Of a DNA stretch of 64,000 bases, positions 1 through 10,595 are shown in pieces; within the stretch, counting starts at the first letter, position 1, and each line of letters begins with the position of its first letter. The stretch covers positions 96,001 through 160,000 of the forward strand of contig JBJMOW010000005.1 in assembly GCA_045803545.1 (NCBI GenBank), given 5' to 3'. The position numbers and the translations under genes were made by a program. The notes beneath the pieces are model-generated. The model was not told where the DNA came from. It worked only from the letters and a program-made list of their open reading frames with translations, and did not search any database. Source of the stretch: Gemmatimonadaceae bacterium (GTDB lineage: Bacteria; Gemmatimonadota; Gemmatimonadetes; Gemmatimonadales; Gemmatimonadaceae).

Positions 1-104
1 CCGAGCGAGTGCAGAATGACGAAGCCGATGCCAATGACCCCAGTGACGCCCATGACGACTTTCTTGCCGACCATGGACCCATAGAACGTTTGAATCCCGC
101 CCAT
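1..104 (-). CDS. sdhC: Succinate dehydrogenase cytochrome b subunit, N-terminal fragment (runs off window)
   Basis: Manual translation MGGIQTFYGSMVGKKVVMGVTGVIGIGFVILHSL matches the SxxGKKxxMxxTG...H pattern of SdhC; lies directly downstream of mdh. Confidence 0.75.
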   Translation of the reverse strand, partial: MGGIQTFYGSMVGKKVVMGVTGVIGIGFVILHSL

Positions 105-111
105 CAGCGAG

Positions 112-1100
<989 letters not shown>

Positions 1101-1113
1101 TTGCGCGTGTTGC

Positions 1114-2097
1114 TCAGCCGCCGACTTGCGACAGCGCGCGCAGTCCACCCACTTGCATTTTTAGCAGCTCGTGCTGCTTCGGTTTTGCAGCGAGCGCGTC
1201 GCGGAAGAACGGCTCGAGGGGAATGCCGTCGCGCAGCGGAGTGCGGAGATCGACTTCGTGATCGCCAAACAGGCAGGTGCGTAGCCGGCCGTCCGCTGTC
1301 AGCCGCACCCTGTTGCAGCTCTCGCAGTAGGTGTGCGACATCGGCGTGATCAATCCGATCCGTCCTCTCGCGCCGTCGAAGCGGAAGTAGCGTGCCGGGC
1401 CGTTGCCGCGCGCTGGCGCAGTGGCAGGACTAAGCGGGTCGATCGACTCCAGTCGCTGGAGGATTTCCCGCATCGGCACCACGTGCTCCCAGGTGACGTC
1501 GCGCATCTCTCCGACCGGCATCAACTCTATGAATCTCACGTCCCAGGGATGCTCGAACGTCAGCCGCGCAAAATCGCCTATCTCGTCATCATTGATTCCG
1601 CGCATCACAACGACATTCAGCTTGATCGGCGACAAGCCCGCGCGCTCGGCGGCTATAGCAGCAGCGATAGGATCGAAATCGATAGATCGGCGAGCGATCT
1701 GCCGAATGCGATCGGGGCGCAGGGAATCAGCGCTCATGTTGACTCGGTCGAGGCCGCCGGCCCTGAGGGTTCCCGCCAACTCCGGCAGCCGCACACCATT
1801 GGTCGAAAGCGCGATGTCCTCAATCTCAGGAATCGAACGCAGCATCTCGATCAAGCGCGACAGCTCGGGTCGCAATGTTGGCTCGCCGCCAGTGATGCGG
1901 AGACGTCGCAGTCCAAGCGGCGCGAGCTGCGCGACGACGCGAGCAATTTCTTCGTACGACAGGATGTCAGATTTGGGGAGCCATTCGACGCCCGCGAGCG
2001 GCATGCAATACAGACAGCGGAAGTTGCAGCGATCGGTAACCGAGATTCGCAGATACTCGATCTGCCTCCCGAACTGATCGCGCAAAGCTTCCGTCAC
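1114..2097 (-). CDS. moaA: GTP 3',8-cyclase MoaA
   Basis: CNFRCLYC radical SAM motif, C-terminal CxxC...C cluster, terminal GG; start moved to GTG 2097 (GTGA overlap with moaE stop). Confidence 0.95.
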   Translation of the reverse strand: MTEALRDQFGRQIEYLRISVTDRCNFRCLYCMPLAGVEWLPKSDILSYEEIARVVAQLAPLGLRRLRITGGEPTLRPELSRLIEMLRSIPEIEDIALSTNGVRLPELAGTLRAGGLDRVNMSADSLRPDRIRQIARRSIDFDPIAAAIAAERAGLSPIKLNVVVMRGINDDEIGDFARLTFEHPWDVRFIELMPVGEMRDVTWEHVVPMREILQRLESIDPLSPATAPARGNGPARYFRFDGARGRIGLITPMSHTYCESCNRVRLTADGRLRTCLFGDHEVDLRTPLRDGIPLEPFFRDALAAKPKQHELLKMQVGGLRALSQVGG

Positions 2098-2534
2098 CGA
2101 GTCGTCGCCCCGCTGCGCGCGGTAGGATCTACCCACTCGCTCGTTCCATCGACGAAGTGTTCGCGTTTCCAGATCGGCACGCGCTTCTTGATCTGCTCGA
2201 TGACAAAGCGTGTGCACTCGATGGCGCCAGTGCGATGCGCATCTGCAGAAGCAATTGCGACACTAATCTCTCCCACCCTCAGCTCACCGATTCGATGCTC
2301 GGCGACCAGCGACGAGATTCCGAATTTCTCGCCGGCTTCTCGCATTATGTCAGCGAGCTCGGATTCGGCCATGGCGCGATACAGGTCGTACTCTAGCCGC
2401 TCGACCGAGCGCCCTTCACTCAGATCGCGCACAGTGCCGACAAAGATCGACACCGCGCCGGCGTCGTCCGACCTCACCTCGCCGAGTAATGCAGAGACGT
2501 CGATCTGCCGGTCTACTATCGCGGAGCGAATCAT
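2094..2534 (-). CDS. moaE: Molybdopterin synthase catalytic subunit
   Basis: GAVSIFVGTVR, HRIG, KKRVPIWKRE motifs. Confidence 0.95.
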   Translation of the reverse strand: MIRSAIVDRQIDVSALLGEVRSDDAGAVSIFVGTVRDLSEGRSVERLEYDLYRAMAESELADIMREAGEKFGISSLVAEHRIGELRVGEISVAIASADAHRTGAIECTRFVIEQIKKRVPIWKREHFVDGTSEWVDPTARSGATTR

Positions 2535-2776
2535 CCGCCTGAGACCGGCGGAATCAGGGCGATTTCGTCCGTCGCGCGAACAAGCTGATCCGGAGCGGCG
2601 AATTTTCGGTTGATGGCGACTCGCGGCAGTGGTGGGAGCACATAGGATCCCGGTCGTGAGCGAACCTCCGCGATGAGTTCAGCCACGGTACTCTCGGGTG
2701 CCAATTCGATTTTCAGGTTATTCGCGCCGAAGCTCTCGGCGTAGGAGGCGAAGAGGTGTACTGTCACCGCGGACAC
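2531..2776 (-). CDS. moaD: Molybdopterin synthase sulfur carrier subunit
   Basis: 81 aa, ends DEIALIPPVSGG. Confidence 0.93.
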   Translation of the reverse strand: MSAVTVHLFASYAESFGANNLKIELAPESTVAELIAEVRSRPGSYVLPPLPRVAINRKFAAPDQLVRATDEIALIPPVSGG

Positions 2777-2797
2777 GACACGTTCTCCGGTAAGTGC

Positions 2798-3118
2798 TTA
2801 CGCCTCCGACATCTGCGATACGTCAACGCCTGCGACAAGCGCGCGCAATTCCTTTGACGGCTTAAACACGGGGACCGGCCGCGCCGAGACCTCAACAGGA
2901 GAGCCCGTTCTGGGGTTGCGGGCCATTCTCGTTTTGCGGTTTCTGATCTTGAAGGTGCCGAAGCCTCTTACCTCGATGTTTTCCTGCGACTGCAACGACT
3001 CTTTGATCGCTTCGAGGAAAGCATCCACGACGCGAGCGCAATCTTTCTTGGAAATCATCGGCCCAGCAGTGCGTGAAATCTGGGTCGTGACACGCTCGAC
3101 GAGGTCGGCTTTGGTCAT
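2798..3118 (-). CDS. HU/IHF-family nucleoid-associated protein
   Basis: MTKADL, RGFGTF, RMARNPRTG, VPVFKPSKEL. Confidence 0.93.
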   Translation of the reverse strand: MTKADLVERVTTQISRTAGPMISKKDCARVVDAFLEAIKESLQSQENIEVRGFGTFKIRNRKTRMARNPRTGSPVEVSARPVPVFKPSKELRALVAGVDVSQMSEA

Positions 3119-3164
3119 GAAATACTCCGGTATGTATGCGCGCCAAGTACGCGTAAGTGCTTTG

Positions 3165-3193
3165 AACCTATGACTTTACTAATATGCTGTCAA
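3165..3193 (-). promoter_or_regulatory. Candidate sigma70 promoter for HU-moaDEA
   Basis: TTGACA-N17-TAGGTT; GGAG Shine-Dalgarno before the ATG. Confidence 0.65.
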
Positions 3194-3206
3194 GCAGAAG
3201 CTGGAG

Positions 3207-4319
3207 CTAGCGAGCGACGGCGCGCAGGGCATTTAGAAACTCCTGGAACAAAGGACGCGCGTCATGCGGACCCGGCGCTGCCTCAGGATGGTACTGCACT
3301 CCAAACACCGGCAGCTCCCGATGGCGTAGCCCCTCGATGGTCCGATCGTTCAGGTTGACGTGAGTCACTTCCAGCTCACCGGCACCAGCGACCGAGCGCT
3401 CATCGCCGGTCACCGCAAACCCATGGTTCTGCGATGTGATGAGCACTTTGCCGGTTTCGACCTCTTTAACGGGATGGTTCCCGCCGCGGTGGCCGTACGG
3501 CATCTTGACCGTCGTTCCGCCGAACGTCAGTCCAAGCAGTTGGTGGCCGAGGCAGATCCCAAAAGTTGGAACGCCAGCGCCGGTGATGTCGCGAATAATC
3601 CCCGGCGCATAACTGACCGCCTCAGGATCGCCAGGACCGTTTGAGAGAAACACGCCGTCCGGCTCTGACTCCAGCGCTTTTGCTGCGGGTGTATCCGCCG
3701 GCACGACTGTCACCCTACACTCATTCTCGCTGAACAGGCGCAAAATGTTGCGCTTGATTCCGTAGTCGTACGCGACGATGTGGTGCTTCGCACGCGGATC
3801 GCCCCAGGTGTACGGCGCCGTTGTCGACACTCTCGATGCGAGGTCGAGGCCCACCATCGACGGGCACGCCTCGAGTGCTGCCCGACTCGCTTCGTCCGGC
3901 TCCTCGCCCGCTCCAATCACACCCCGCATTACCCCGACCGACCTGAGGTGTCGCGTGAGGCGTCGAGTGTCAATGTCTTGAATGATTGGAACTTGAGCAG
4001 CGGCGAGCCATTCATCGAGCCCGCCCGACGCGCGCCAATTCGAGTAGCTCGCGGAGAGCTCACGAACCACAACTCCGGCGACCTGAGGTGCGGCTGATTC
4101 CGGATCTTCAGCGTTGATCCCGTAATTGCCAATCTGCGGCGCTGTCATCACCACGATCTGCCCGCGGTACGACGGGTCAGTGAAGACCTCCTGGTAACCG
4201 GTCATGTTGGTAGTGAATACGACCTCGGCCACAGCCGGGAGCAGCGCGCTTGTGTTCGCTGCGATCCGTCCACGAAAAAGGGTTCCATCCTCAAGGAGGA
4301 GGAACCCTGGTTCTGTCAC
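3207..4319 (-). CDS. carA: Carbamoyl-phosphate synthase small subunit
   Basis: LLLEDGT, MTGYQEVFTDPSY, SNGPGDP, GICLGHQ, QYHPEA; start moved to GTG 4319. Confidence 0.95.
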   Translation of the reverse strand: MTEPGFLLLEDGTLFRGRIAANTSALLPAVAEVVFTTNMTGYQEVFTDPSYRGQIVVMTAPQIGNYGINAEDPESAAPQVAGVVVRELSASYSNWRASGGLDEWLAAAQVPIIQDIDTRRLTRHLRSVGVMRGVIGAGEEPDEASRAALEACPSMVGLDLASRVSTTAPYTWGDPRAKHHIVAYDYGIKRNILRLFSENECRVTVVPADTPAAKALESEPDGVFLSNGPGDPEAVSYAPGIIRDITGAGVPTFGICLGHQLLGLTFGGTTVKMPYGHRGGNHPVKEVETGKVLITSQNHGFAVTGDERSVAGAGELEVTHVNLNDRTIEGLRHRELPVFGVQYHPEAAPGPHDARPLFQEFLNALRAVAR

Positions 4320-4335
4320 TCGATGCTCGGCCAAG

Positions 4336-4743
4336 TTAGCGCTTCGGTGTCGGTGTCGGGGCTGGAGCGGTGGTATTTGGGGTTGTCGCCGGAGTATTTG
4401 CGCTTGGGGCAGGCTCCAAAGGAACGGCGGGCGCTGAAGTCGGCGGTGGTGCTTGCTGTTGCGGCGTTGCCAGACCTTTCTCGAGGACTGAGCGCGGCGC
4501 AGACGTATGGGTGGACATGATCTGCAGCACGAAGCACAGGAAGAGGAAGACCCCACCGCTCCACCAGCTGGCTTTGGTGAGAAGGTTTCCTGCCTGGCGA
4601 ATGCCGATGAACGCATCCGGAGAAGAGCTGGCACCGCCGAAATTGGCGGCCAGTCCGGTGCCCTTTCCGGATTGCAAAAGCACCGCTGCCATGAGCACGA
4701 AGCAGTCGATGACCAGAAGAATCAAAAGAAACGTGTAAAGCAT
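4336..4743 (-). CDS. secG: Preprotein translocase subunit SecG with Pro/Thr-rich tail
   Basis: Two hydrophobic helices, VLLQSGKGTGL..FGG, follows tpiA. Confidence 0.9.
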   Translation of the reverse strand: MLYTFLLILLVIDCFVLMAAVLLQSGKGTGLAANFGGASSSPDAFIGIRQAGNLLTKASWWSGGVFLFLCFVLQIMSTHTSAPRSVLEKGLATPQQQAPPPTSAPAVPLEPAPSANTPATTPNTTAPAPTPTPKR

Positions 4744-4797
4744 TGATAGAGTTGGAGTTCAGCTAGCCGTTGAATATCTCGTTCGCGACCGACTGAG

Positions 4798-5547
4798 TCA
4801 AGTCTGCGCGATGGTCAACCAGGAGCTCGCGTCAACGCTCGCTCCGCCAACGAGGAGGCCATCGATCTCGGGGGCGCGAAGAAGCCCGGCGGCGTTGGAC
4901 GAGTTCACGCTGCCACCATAAAGAATGGGGATTTCGTTGGCGCGCGTGCCGATCATATCACGCAGCTCGGACCGAATAACGGTATGAATAGCGGACGCAT
5001 CCCCTGCGGACGCCGTGAGTCCCGTGCCGATTGCCCAGACTGGCTCGTAGGCAATCGAGAAATCGACCGAAATAAGATTCTCGATTTGCGCCACGCCTTC
5101 GCGCAGTTGTCTTTTCACAAGCCGCTCGGTTTCGCCTGCTTCGCGTTGCCCGATTGTCTCGCCGATGCAGAGCATGAAACTGAGGCCAGCTTTGGTTGCG
5201 GCTGCGCATTTCTTCGCGCACTGCTCGTCGGTTTCTCCGAACACGTGTCGACGTTCGGAGTGACCCACCAGCGTTACTCGCGCGCCAGCATCGCGCGCCA
5301 TCGTTGCCGAAGTCTCGCCGGTGAAAGCACCCTTCTCCGCCCAGTAGATGTTTTGCGCGCCAGCCAAAACGTCGCTGCGACCGCCGAGCGCGCCGGCAAC
5401 GGCGGGGAGCGAGACCGCCGGAGCAAAGATGATTACGGTACGGTCGTCACGACTGCCATACGTGGCGAGAAAAGCATCCATGAATTTCTTCGCCGCCGAT
5501 GGACCGTTGTTCATCTTCCAGTTGGCGGCGAGAACCGGTTGCTTCAC
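4798..5547 (-). CDS. tpiA: Triosephosphate isomerase
   Basis: NWKMN, GHSERR, AYEPVWAIGTG, YGGSV. Confidence 0.97.
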   Translation of the reverse strand: MKQPVLAANWKMNNGPSAAKKFMDAFLATYGSRDDRTVIIFAPAVSLPAVAGALGGRSDVLAGAQNIYWAEKGAFTGETSATMARDAGARVTLVGHSERRHVFGETDEQCAKKCAAATKAGLSFMLCIGETIGQREAGETERLVKRQLREGVAQIENLISVDFSIAYEPVWAIGTGLTASAGDASAIHTVIRSELRDMIGTRANEIPILYGGSVNSSNAAGLLRAPEIDGLLVGGASVDASSWLTIAQT

Positions 5548-6746
5548 TACCTCGCCTCGTCGAGAATCTCGACTCCTGGCAATTGTTTGCCCTCGAGAAA
5601 TTCCAGGGAGGCACCGCCGCCGGTCGAAACGTGACTCATTTTGCTGTCGAGACCTGCTTCACTGACCGCAGCCGCCGAATCTCCGCCACCGACGATCGTG
5701 GTGGCTCCCTTCGAGGTTGCATCAGCCATTGCCTTCGCGATACCCCTGGTACCGGCATCGAAGGGCGGTTTCTCGAAGACGCCCATTGGTCCGTTCCAGA
5801 CGACCGTCTTCGCCGACGCAATGGCCCGGGAATACGATTGGATGGTTTGGGGCCCAATGTCGAACATGGCCTGATCTTTGGAAATCCCGTCGCGCTTTAC
5901 CGCCTTCGCCTCGCTGGCGCGTTCCAATGACGGCGCGACCATGGCATCATGAGGAAGCGTCAGTTTGGCACCGGCGCGATCGAGTAGACTCTTTGCCATC
6001 TCGACGCGGTCCTCTTCGACCAGCGATCTACCCGTCTCGAGCCCCATCGCTCGGTAAAACGTGCAAGCCATCGCCCCGCCAATCAGCAGCGCATCCACTT
6101 TCGGCAACAGCTGCTCGATGACATCGATCTTGCCTGAGATTTTAGCGCCGCCAAGTATCGCAACGAACGGACGCTTGGGATTCGCGAGGGCACTGTCGAG
6201 ATATTCGAGCTCTTTCTCCATCAGGAGCCCGGCAACCGCTGGTCGCAGGAACTCCGCGACTCCGACCGTCGACGAGTGGGCGCGATGCGCCGAGCCAAAT
6301 GCATCGTTCACGAAGAAATCGCCCAGCTCGGAAAGCGCCCGCGACAAACGCTGGTCGTTCTTCTCCTCGCCGCCGAGAAAGCGCGTGTTCTCCAGAAGTA
6401 GCAGCTCACCTTTCTTCAGATTGTGCGAGGCTTTGTACGCCTCGTCTGAATCGGTGGACTCGACGAACATCACGCTGCAGCCGACCAATTCCTCCAGGCG
6501 CCGCGCGACCGGCTGCAATGAATACTTCGCCTCCGGCTTACCCTTTGGTCTCCCGAGGTGCGAAAGAATTACCGGTCGGCATTGGCGCTCCAGGAGCAGC
6601 TCGATCGTCGGCAACGATGCGCGGATGCGCGTGTCGTCGGTGATGCGACCCTGGTCGTCGAGCGGAACATTGAAATCGACACGCACCAGCGCCCGCTTCC
6701 CGCGGACCTGGGCGTCGTCGAGATCCTTGATTGTTTTCTTGCGCAT
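5547..6746 (-). CDS. pgk: Phosphoglycerate kinase
   Basis: RVDFNVP, SHLGRP, WNGPMGVFE, HVSTGGGASLE. Confidence 0.97.
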   Translation of the reverse strand: MRKKTIKDLDDAQVRGKRALVRVDFNVPLDDQGRITDDTRIRASLPTIELLLERQCRPVILSHLGRPKGKPEAKYSLQPVARRLEELVGCSVMFVESTDSDEAYKASHNLKKGELLLLENTRFLGGEEKNDQRLSRALSELGDFFVNDAFGSAHRAHSSTVGVAEFLRPAVAGLLMEKELEYLDSALANPKRPFVAILGGAKISGKIDVIEQLLPKVDALLIGGAMACTFYRAMGLETGRSLVEEDRVEMAKSLLDRAGAKLTLPHDAMVAPSLERASEAKAVKRDGISKDQAMFDIGPQTIQSYSRAIASAKTVVWNGPMGVFEKPPFDAGTRGIAKAMADATSKGATTIVGGGDSAAAVSEAGLDSKMSHVSTGGGASLEFLEGKQLPGVEILDEAR

Positions 6747-6752
6747 TGTCCG

Positions 6753-7769
6753 CTAGAGACGCTCGCCCATGAAGCGGAGCATGTCGACGCAGCGCGAAGC
6801 GTAACCCCACTCATTGTCATACCACCCCTGGACCGTGACGAGGGTGCCGTCGATCACGTTGGTGGTCTTCGAATCGAGAATGCAAGATGCCGGATCGCCG
6901 ATGAAATCCGACGAAACGAGCTCTTCATCCGAGTAGCGAATAATCCCCTCCAGCGGTCCCGATGAAGCGGCTTTCTTGAAGGCGTCGTTGATCGCCTCTT
7001 TCGTCACACCGGTCTTCTCGATTTCGACGGTGAGCACCGTGTACGAGACGTCGGGAGTCGGGACGCGGATGGCGGTGCCGTCGATCTTGCCCTTCACTTC
7101 CGGAATCACCAGCGAAGTCGCTTTTGCGGCGCCGGTAGTCGTCGGAATGATGGAAAGAGCGGCCGCGCGGGCGCGGCGAAGATCCTTGTGCGGCAGGTCG
7201 AGAATCTGCTGGTCGTTGGTGTAGCTGTGTATCGTGACCATCGAGCCATGTTTGAAGCCGAAGTTGTCGCGAACGACTTTCACCATCGGCACCAGGCAGT
7301 TGGTGGTGCACGAAGCATTTGAGACGATGGTGTGCTTGGCCGTATCGTACTTGTCGTCGTTGACGCCCATGACGATGGTGATGTCCTCGCCTTTTGCGGG
7401 AGCTGAGATGAGGACCTTTTTGGCACCACAGTCGATGTGCTTGCGCGCTGCGGAGGCATCCGTGAAGCGGCCGGTTGATTCAAGAACGAGATCCACGCCG
7501 AGGTCCTTCCACGGGAGCTGGCCAGGATCCTTCTGTGCGAGAACCTTGATCTCGTCGCCGTCGATCAAAATGGCATCGGACTTCGCTTCGACGTCGCCCT
7601 GATAACGGCGATGGACTGAATCGTACTTGAAGAGGTGGGCGAGGGTCTTCGTGTCGGTAAGATCGTTGACCGCTACGAAATCGAGATTGGCGACGCCGGC
7701 GTTCTTTGCCGCGCGCACCACTTGTCGTCCAATTCTTCCGAATCCGTTGATGCCTACCCGTATTGCCAT
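6753..7769 (-). CDS. gap: Glyceraldehyde-3-phosphate dehydrogenase, type I
   Basis: [25 protein letters not shown]. Confidence 0.97.
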   Translation of the reverse strand: MAIRVGINGFGRIGRQVVRAAKNAGVANLDFVAVNDLTDTKTLAHLFKYDSVHRRYQGDVEAKSDAILIDGDEIKVLAQKDPGQLPWKDLGVDLVLESTGRFTDASAARKHIDCGAKKVLISAPAKGEDITIVMGVNDDKYDTAKHTIVSNASCTTNCLVPMVKVVRDNFGFKHGSMVTIHSYTNDQQILDLPHKDLRRARAAALSIIPTTTGAAKATSLVIPEVKGKIDGTAIRVPTPDVSYTVLTVEIEKTGVTKEAINDAFKKAASSGPLEGIIRYSDEELVSSDFIGDPASCILDSKTTNVIDGTLVTVQGWYDNEWGYASRCVDMLRFMGERL

Positions 7770-7787
7770 TCCGTTCGCTCCGTTGGA

Positions 7788-8570
7788 TTAAAGCCGATCG
7801 CCACTGGCGTGGGCGCGGCCGAAAGTCACGTAAGAAATTATTCGAGCACCTGCTTCGTAGAGCACCTTCGCACAGCTATTGAGCGTCGCTGCCGTCGTCA
7901 CCACATCGTCAACGATTATCACGTGCGCACCAGCCAGCCTCTGCGCGTTGTCGACAATGCAAAACGAACCCGCAACGTTCGCCCGTCTATCCTCAGGTGT
8001 CAACCGAGTTTGCGTCTTGGTTTCACGCGTCCGACCTACCACATCTTCCCAGACGGGAAGCGTCCACTTTTGCGCAAGCTCACGCGCGATCAACGCACTC
8101 TGATTATAGCCACGCTGGCGCCTTCGCGCTGATCCCAGCGGCACTGGTACCAGCGCAGTCCTTTCCTGAACAACGTCGCTCGGCCACGACAGGCGGCTCA
8201 TCCGCTCCGCCAGATCCTTCGCGATTATCGACCAGCCTTCGTACTTGAGGGCGTGAACGATGTTCGAAATTGGCTCGACAGGCATCCAACACACCGAGCG
8301 GACTGCTCTGACAAATGGAGGCAGGAGCTCGCACCAGCGGCAAACGTTGCCCTGTTGAGGGTGACCGCAGCGATCGCATCTCGGCGCTGGCAGTAGTGCG
8401 ATTCGCGACCAGCACAGACCACACACCACGCCCGTATCGAAGTGACCCATCAGGCGATCGCACGCGACACAGCTGCGCGGCAGCAGCAGATCGAGCGCAG
8501 CGGCAAAGAGGGATGATGGATGGGGGATGCGAGCCAAGGGAGGGGGGATGGGGGATGAGGGACTGCACAA
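7788..8570 (-). CDS. comF: ComF family protein (double zinc ribbon + PRTase domain); start uncertain
   Basis: Four CxxC pairs, RGYNQS, VDDVVTTAATL. Confidence 0.85.
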   Translation of the reverse strand: MCSPSSPIPPPLARIPHPSSLFAAALDLLLPRSCVACDRLMGHFDTGVVCGLCWSRIALLPAPRCDRCGHPQQGNVCRWCELLPPFVRAVRSVCWMPVEPISNIVHALKYEGWSIIAKDLAERMSRLSWPSDVVQERTALVPVPLGSARRRQRGYNQSALIARELAQKWTLPVWEDVVGRTRETKTQTRLTPEDRRANVAGSFCIVDNAQRLAGAHVIIVDDVVTTAATLNSCAKVLYEAGARIISYVTFGRAHASGDRL

Positions 8571-8653
8571 ATCAACAACGCCTTTTTCGCGGTCAGCCTT
8601 TCCGGTATTCGCACTTCTCCTCCCCCGTCCCCATCCCGCATCCCTCTTCGCCG
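8501..8653. repeat. Palindromic element built from degenerate 7-nt repeats (NGGGATG)
   Basis: Eight in-register heptamers at 8509-8564, inverted array at about 8619-8645, 14/15-bp terminal inverted repeat 8501-8515 / 8639-8653. Confidence 0.75.
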
Positions 8654-8654
8654 G

Positions 8655-9461
8655 CTACAGAAGCGACTGACGCATTGCCTCGCGATCGGGCTCGATACCG
8701 AACCAGCGCTGGAAGGAGAGCGCTCCCTGCTCCAGCAGCATCGGCAGGCCGTCTGCCGCGCGACAGCCTCTGCCTCGCGCCGATTTCACCCACGGTGTTC
8801 CACCCTGCCGATAAACGAGGTCGAACACCGCCGTGGCTGGCTCGATCATTTCTACGTCGACCGGTTCTTCATCATCGTGTTGGCCAACCGGGGTCGCATT
8901 CACGATCAATGTCGCTCCGTGCAGCGCTTTCTCCGGACTCGTTTCGACGCTGGCGACATCACGAAAACGTCGTGCAAGTTTGCGCGCCTTTTCGGAATTG
9001 CGCGAAACGATTGCCACGCGGGCGTTTTGCCACGACTCCGCGGCGGTGAGAACCGCTGCCGCTGCGCCCCCGCTCCCGAGCAGAACCACACGCGCATTGA
9101 CCGGTTCGCCACCGAGTAAAGCCCGGACAGCGCCGTCGAATCCAGCGACGTCGGTGTTGTCGCAGTGAAGCTCTCCCGATTCGAACCAGAAGGTGTTGAC
9201 CGCGCCAACACGACCCGCCACCTCGCTGACGTGGTCACAGCTGGCGTGAACCGCAGTCTTGTGCGGGATGGTGACGTTGCCAGCGGCTTTGGATTCCTTC
9301 AGCTCGCGCAGCACCGATCGCAGGTCGTCCGGCGCGACGTCGAGCGCCTCGTATTTCAGCGGGATCCGGGCCGAACGAAGCGCGGCGTTCTGAAACAGCG
9401 GCGAGAGCGAGTGACTCACCGGATGACCGAGCAGCACCAACCGCCCAGGATTTCTCGGCAC
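8655..9461 (-). CDS. aroE: Shikimate dehydrogenase
   Basis: GHPVSHSLSP, NVTIPHK, GAVNT, NTD, NATPVG, DLVY. Confidence 0.95.
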   Translation of the reverse strand: MPRNPGRLVLLGHPVSHSLSPLFQNAALRSARIPLKYEALDVAPDDLRSVLRELKESKAAGNVTIPHKTAVHASCDHVSEVAGRVGAVNTFWFESGELHCDNTDVAGFDGAVRALLGGEPVNARVVLLGSGGAAAAVLTAAESWQNARVAIVSRNSEKARKLARRFRDVASVETSPEKALHGATLIVNATPVGQHDDEEPVDVEMIEPATAVFDLVYRQGGTPWVKSARGRGCRAADGLPMLLEQGALSFQRWFGIEPDREAMRQSLL

Positions 9462-9475
9462 TTGCGGACTGGCTC

Positions 9476-9922
9476 TCAGGATTTCAGACGATCGAACAGC
9501 TTCTCTAGCTCGCGCTCGAGGATGTCGGCAGTGTGCCGATACGCGTCCAGGTCGCCGCCATACGGGTCGGTGATGCCGCCGTTGGTCGTGCCTGACGTGT
9601 ACTCGTCCATCACGTGGACTTTGCCACGCCCACCCAGCTGTCGAACCTGCTCGAGGTGTCCCGGCGTCATCACGAAGATCAAATCGGCCTCTGAGACGAT
9701 TTCCGGTGTAAGCTTGCGCGCGCGGTGCCCGGTGAGGTCGAGCTCGCGCTCCATCCCAACTAGAAGGGCTTCATCAGTGGCGGGCACATTGTCCCACGCA
9801 TTGGTCCCGGCGCTGGAGATGTTGACGTCGGCGATGCCCCGGCGCTGCGCGATTTTTCTCGCCAGAGCTTCGGCCATCGGACTGCGGCAGGTGTTGCCGC
9901 TGCACACGAAAAGGAGATTCAC
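9476..9922 (-). CDS. Low-molecular-weight phosphatase, YwlE-like (protein-arginine phosphatase)
   Basis: P-loop CSGNTCRS and DPYG motif. Confidence 0.85.
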   Translation of the reverse strand: MNLLFVCSGNTCRSPMAEALARKIAQRRGIADVNISSAGTNAWDNVPATDEALLVGMERELDLTGHRARKLTPEIVSEADLIFVMTPGHLEQVRQLGGRGKVHVMDEYTSGTTNGGITDPYGGDLDAYRHTADILERELEKLFDRLKS

Positions 9923-9923
9923 C

Positions 9924-10595
9924 TCAAGCGTCTCCGACCAAGTCCGGAACTCTCTCTTTGAGTTGTGCCGCGGAGATCGCTCCCGGACGAATTACACGCG
10001 GACGGCGACCGGTGCAATCAACGACCGTCGACGGCGACGACTCCTTTAACCGGCCACCGTCGAGTACGAGCAGTTTCCCTCGGACGACCGCGTCGGTCCA
10101 CTGCGTTACGATCTCGTCCGCGGCCATCGCCGGCGGTACACCAGGCCGATTGGCGCTCGTCGACGTGATGGGTCCGCCGTGAGCCATGATCAATCGCTGC
10201 AACGAGCGGTGCGGTGTCCACCGCACCGCGACGCCGCCTTCCGGACCGCGAAGTCGCGCCGGCACACGGTTCTCGCCGCCGGAAAGCACGAGGGTGAGCG
10301 GCCCGGGCCAAAATCGCGCGGCCAACGTGGCGGCGTAGCTGGAGAGATGCAACCCCAGCCGGGTAATCATGTCGCTGCTCGCGACGAGCAACAGGAACGG
10401 CTTGCCCGGCGCGCGTCCCTTGAGATTGACGAGCGATTCCACGGATTTTTCATCGACGGCACCACCGAATCCATAGACGGTTTCGGTTGGATACGCGAGC
10501 ACTTTGCCGGCGGCCAGATGCGCGAGGGTTCCGTTGATGGCAGCCTCGACTTCCTCTGGCGACCAGAACGGTACGACCATCGGCTGCGGCTTCAT
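9924..10595 (-). CDS. tsaC: Threonylcarbamoyl-AMP synthase (TsaC/Sua5, short form)
   Basis: YPTETVYG, KGR, FWPGPLTL, STSAN, PSTVVD. Confidence 0.93.
   Translation of the reverse strand: MKPQPMVVPFWSPEEVEAAINGTLAHLAAGKVLAYPTETVYGFGGAVDEKSVESLVNLKGRAPGKPFLLLVASSDMITRLGLHLSSYAATLAARFWPGPLTLVLSGGENRVPARLRGPEGGVAVRWTPHRSLQRLIMAHGGPITSTSANRPGVPPAMAADEIVTQWTDAVVRGKLLVLDGGRLKESSPSTVVDCTGRRPRVIRPGAISAAQLKERVPDLVGDA

Noticed and set aside
1333..2613. 426-aa plus-strand ORF
   Set aside because: Antisense shadow of moaA/moaE/moaD with no recognisable motifs; expected in GC-rich DNA
4320..4634. N-terminal extension of carA in the ORF track
   Set aside because: Overlaps secG in another frame; CarA similarity begins at GTG 4319
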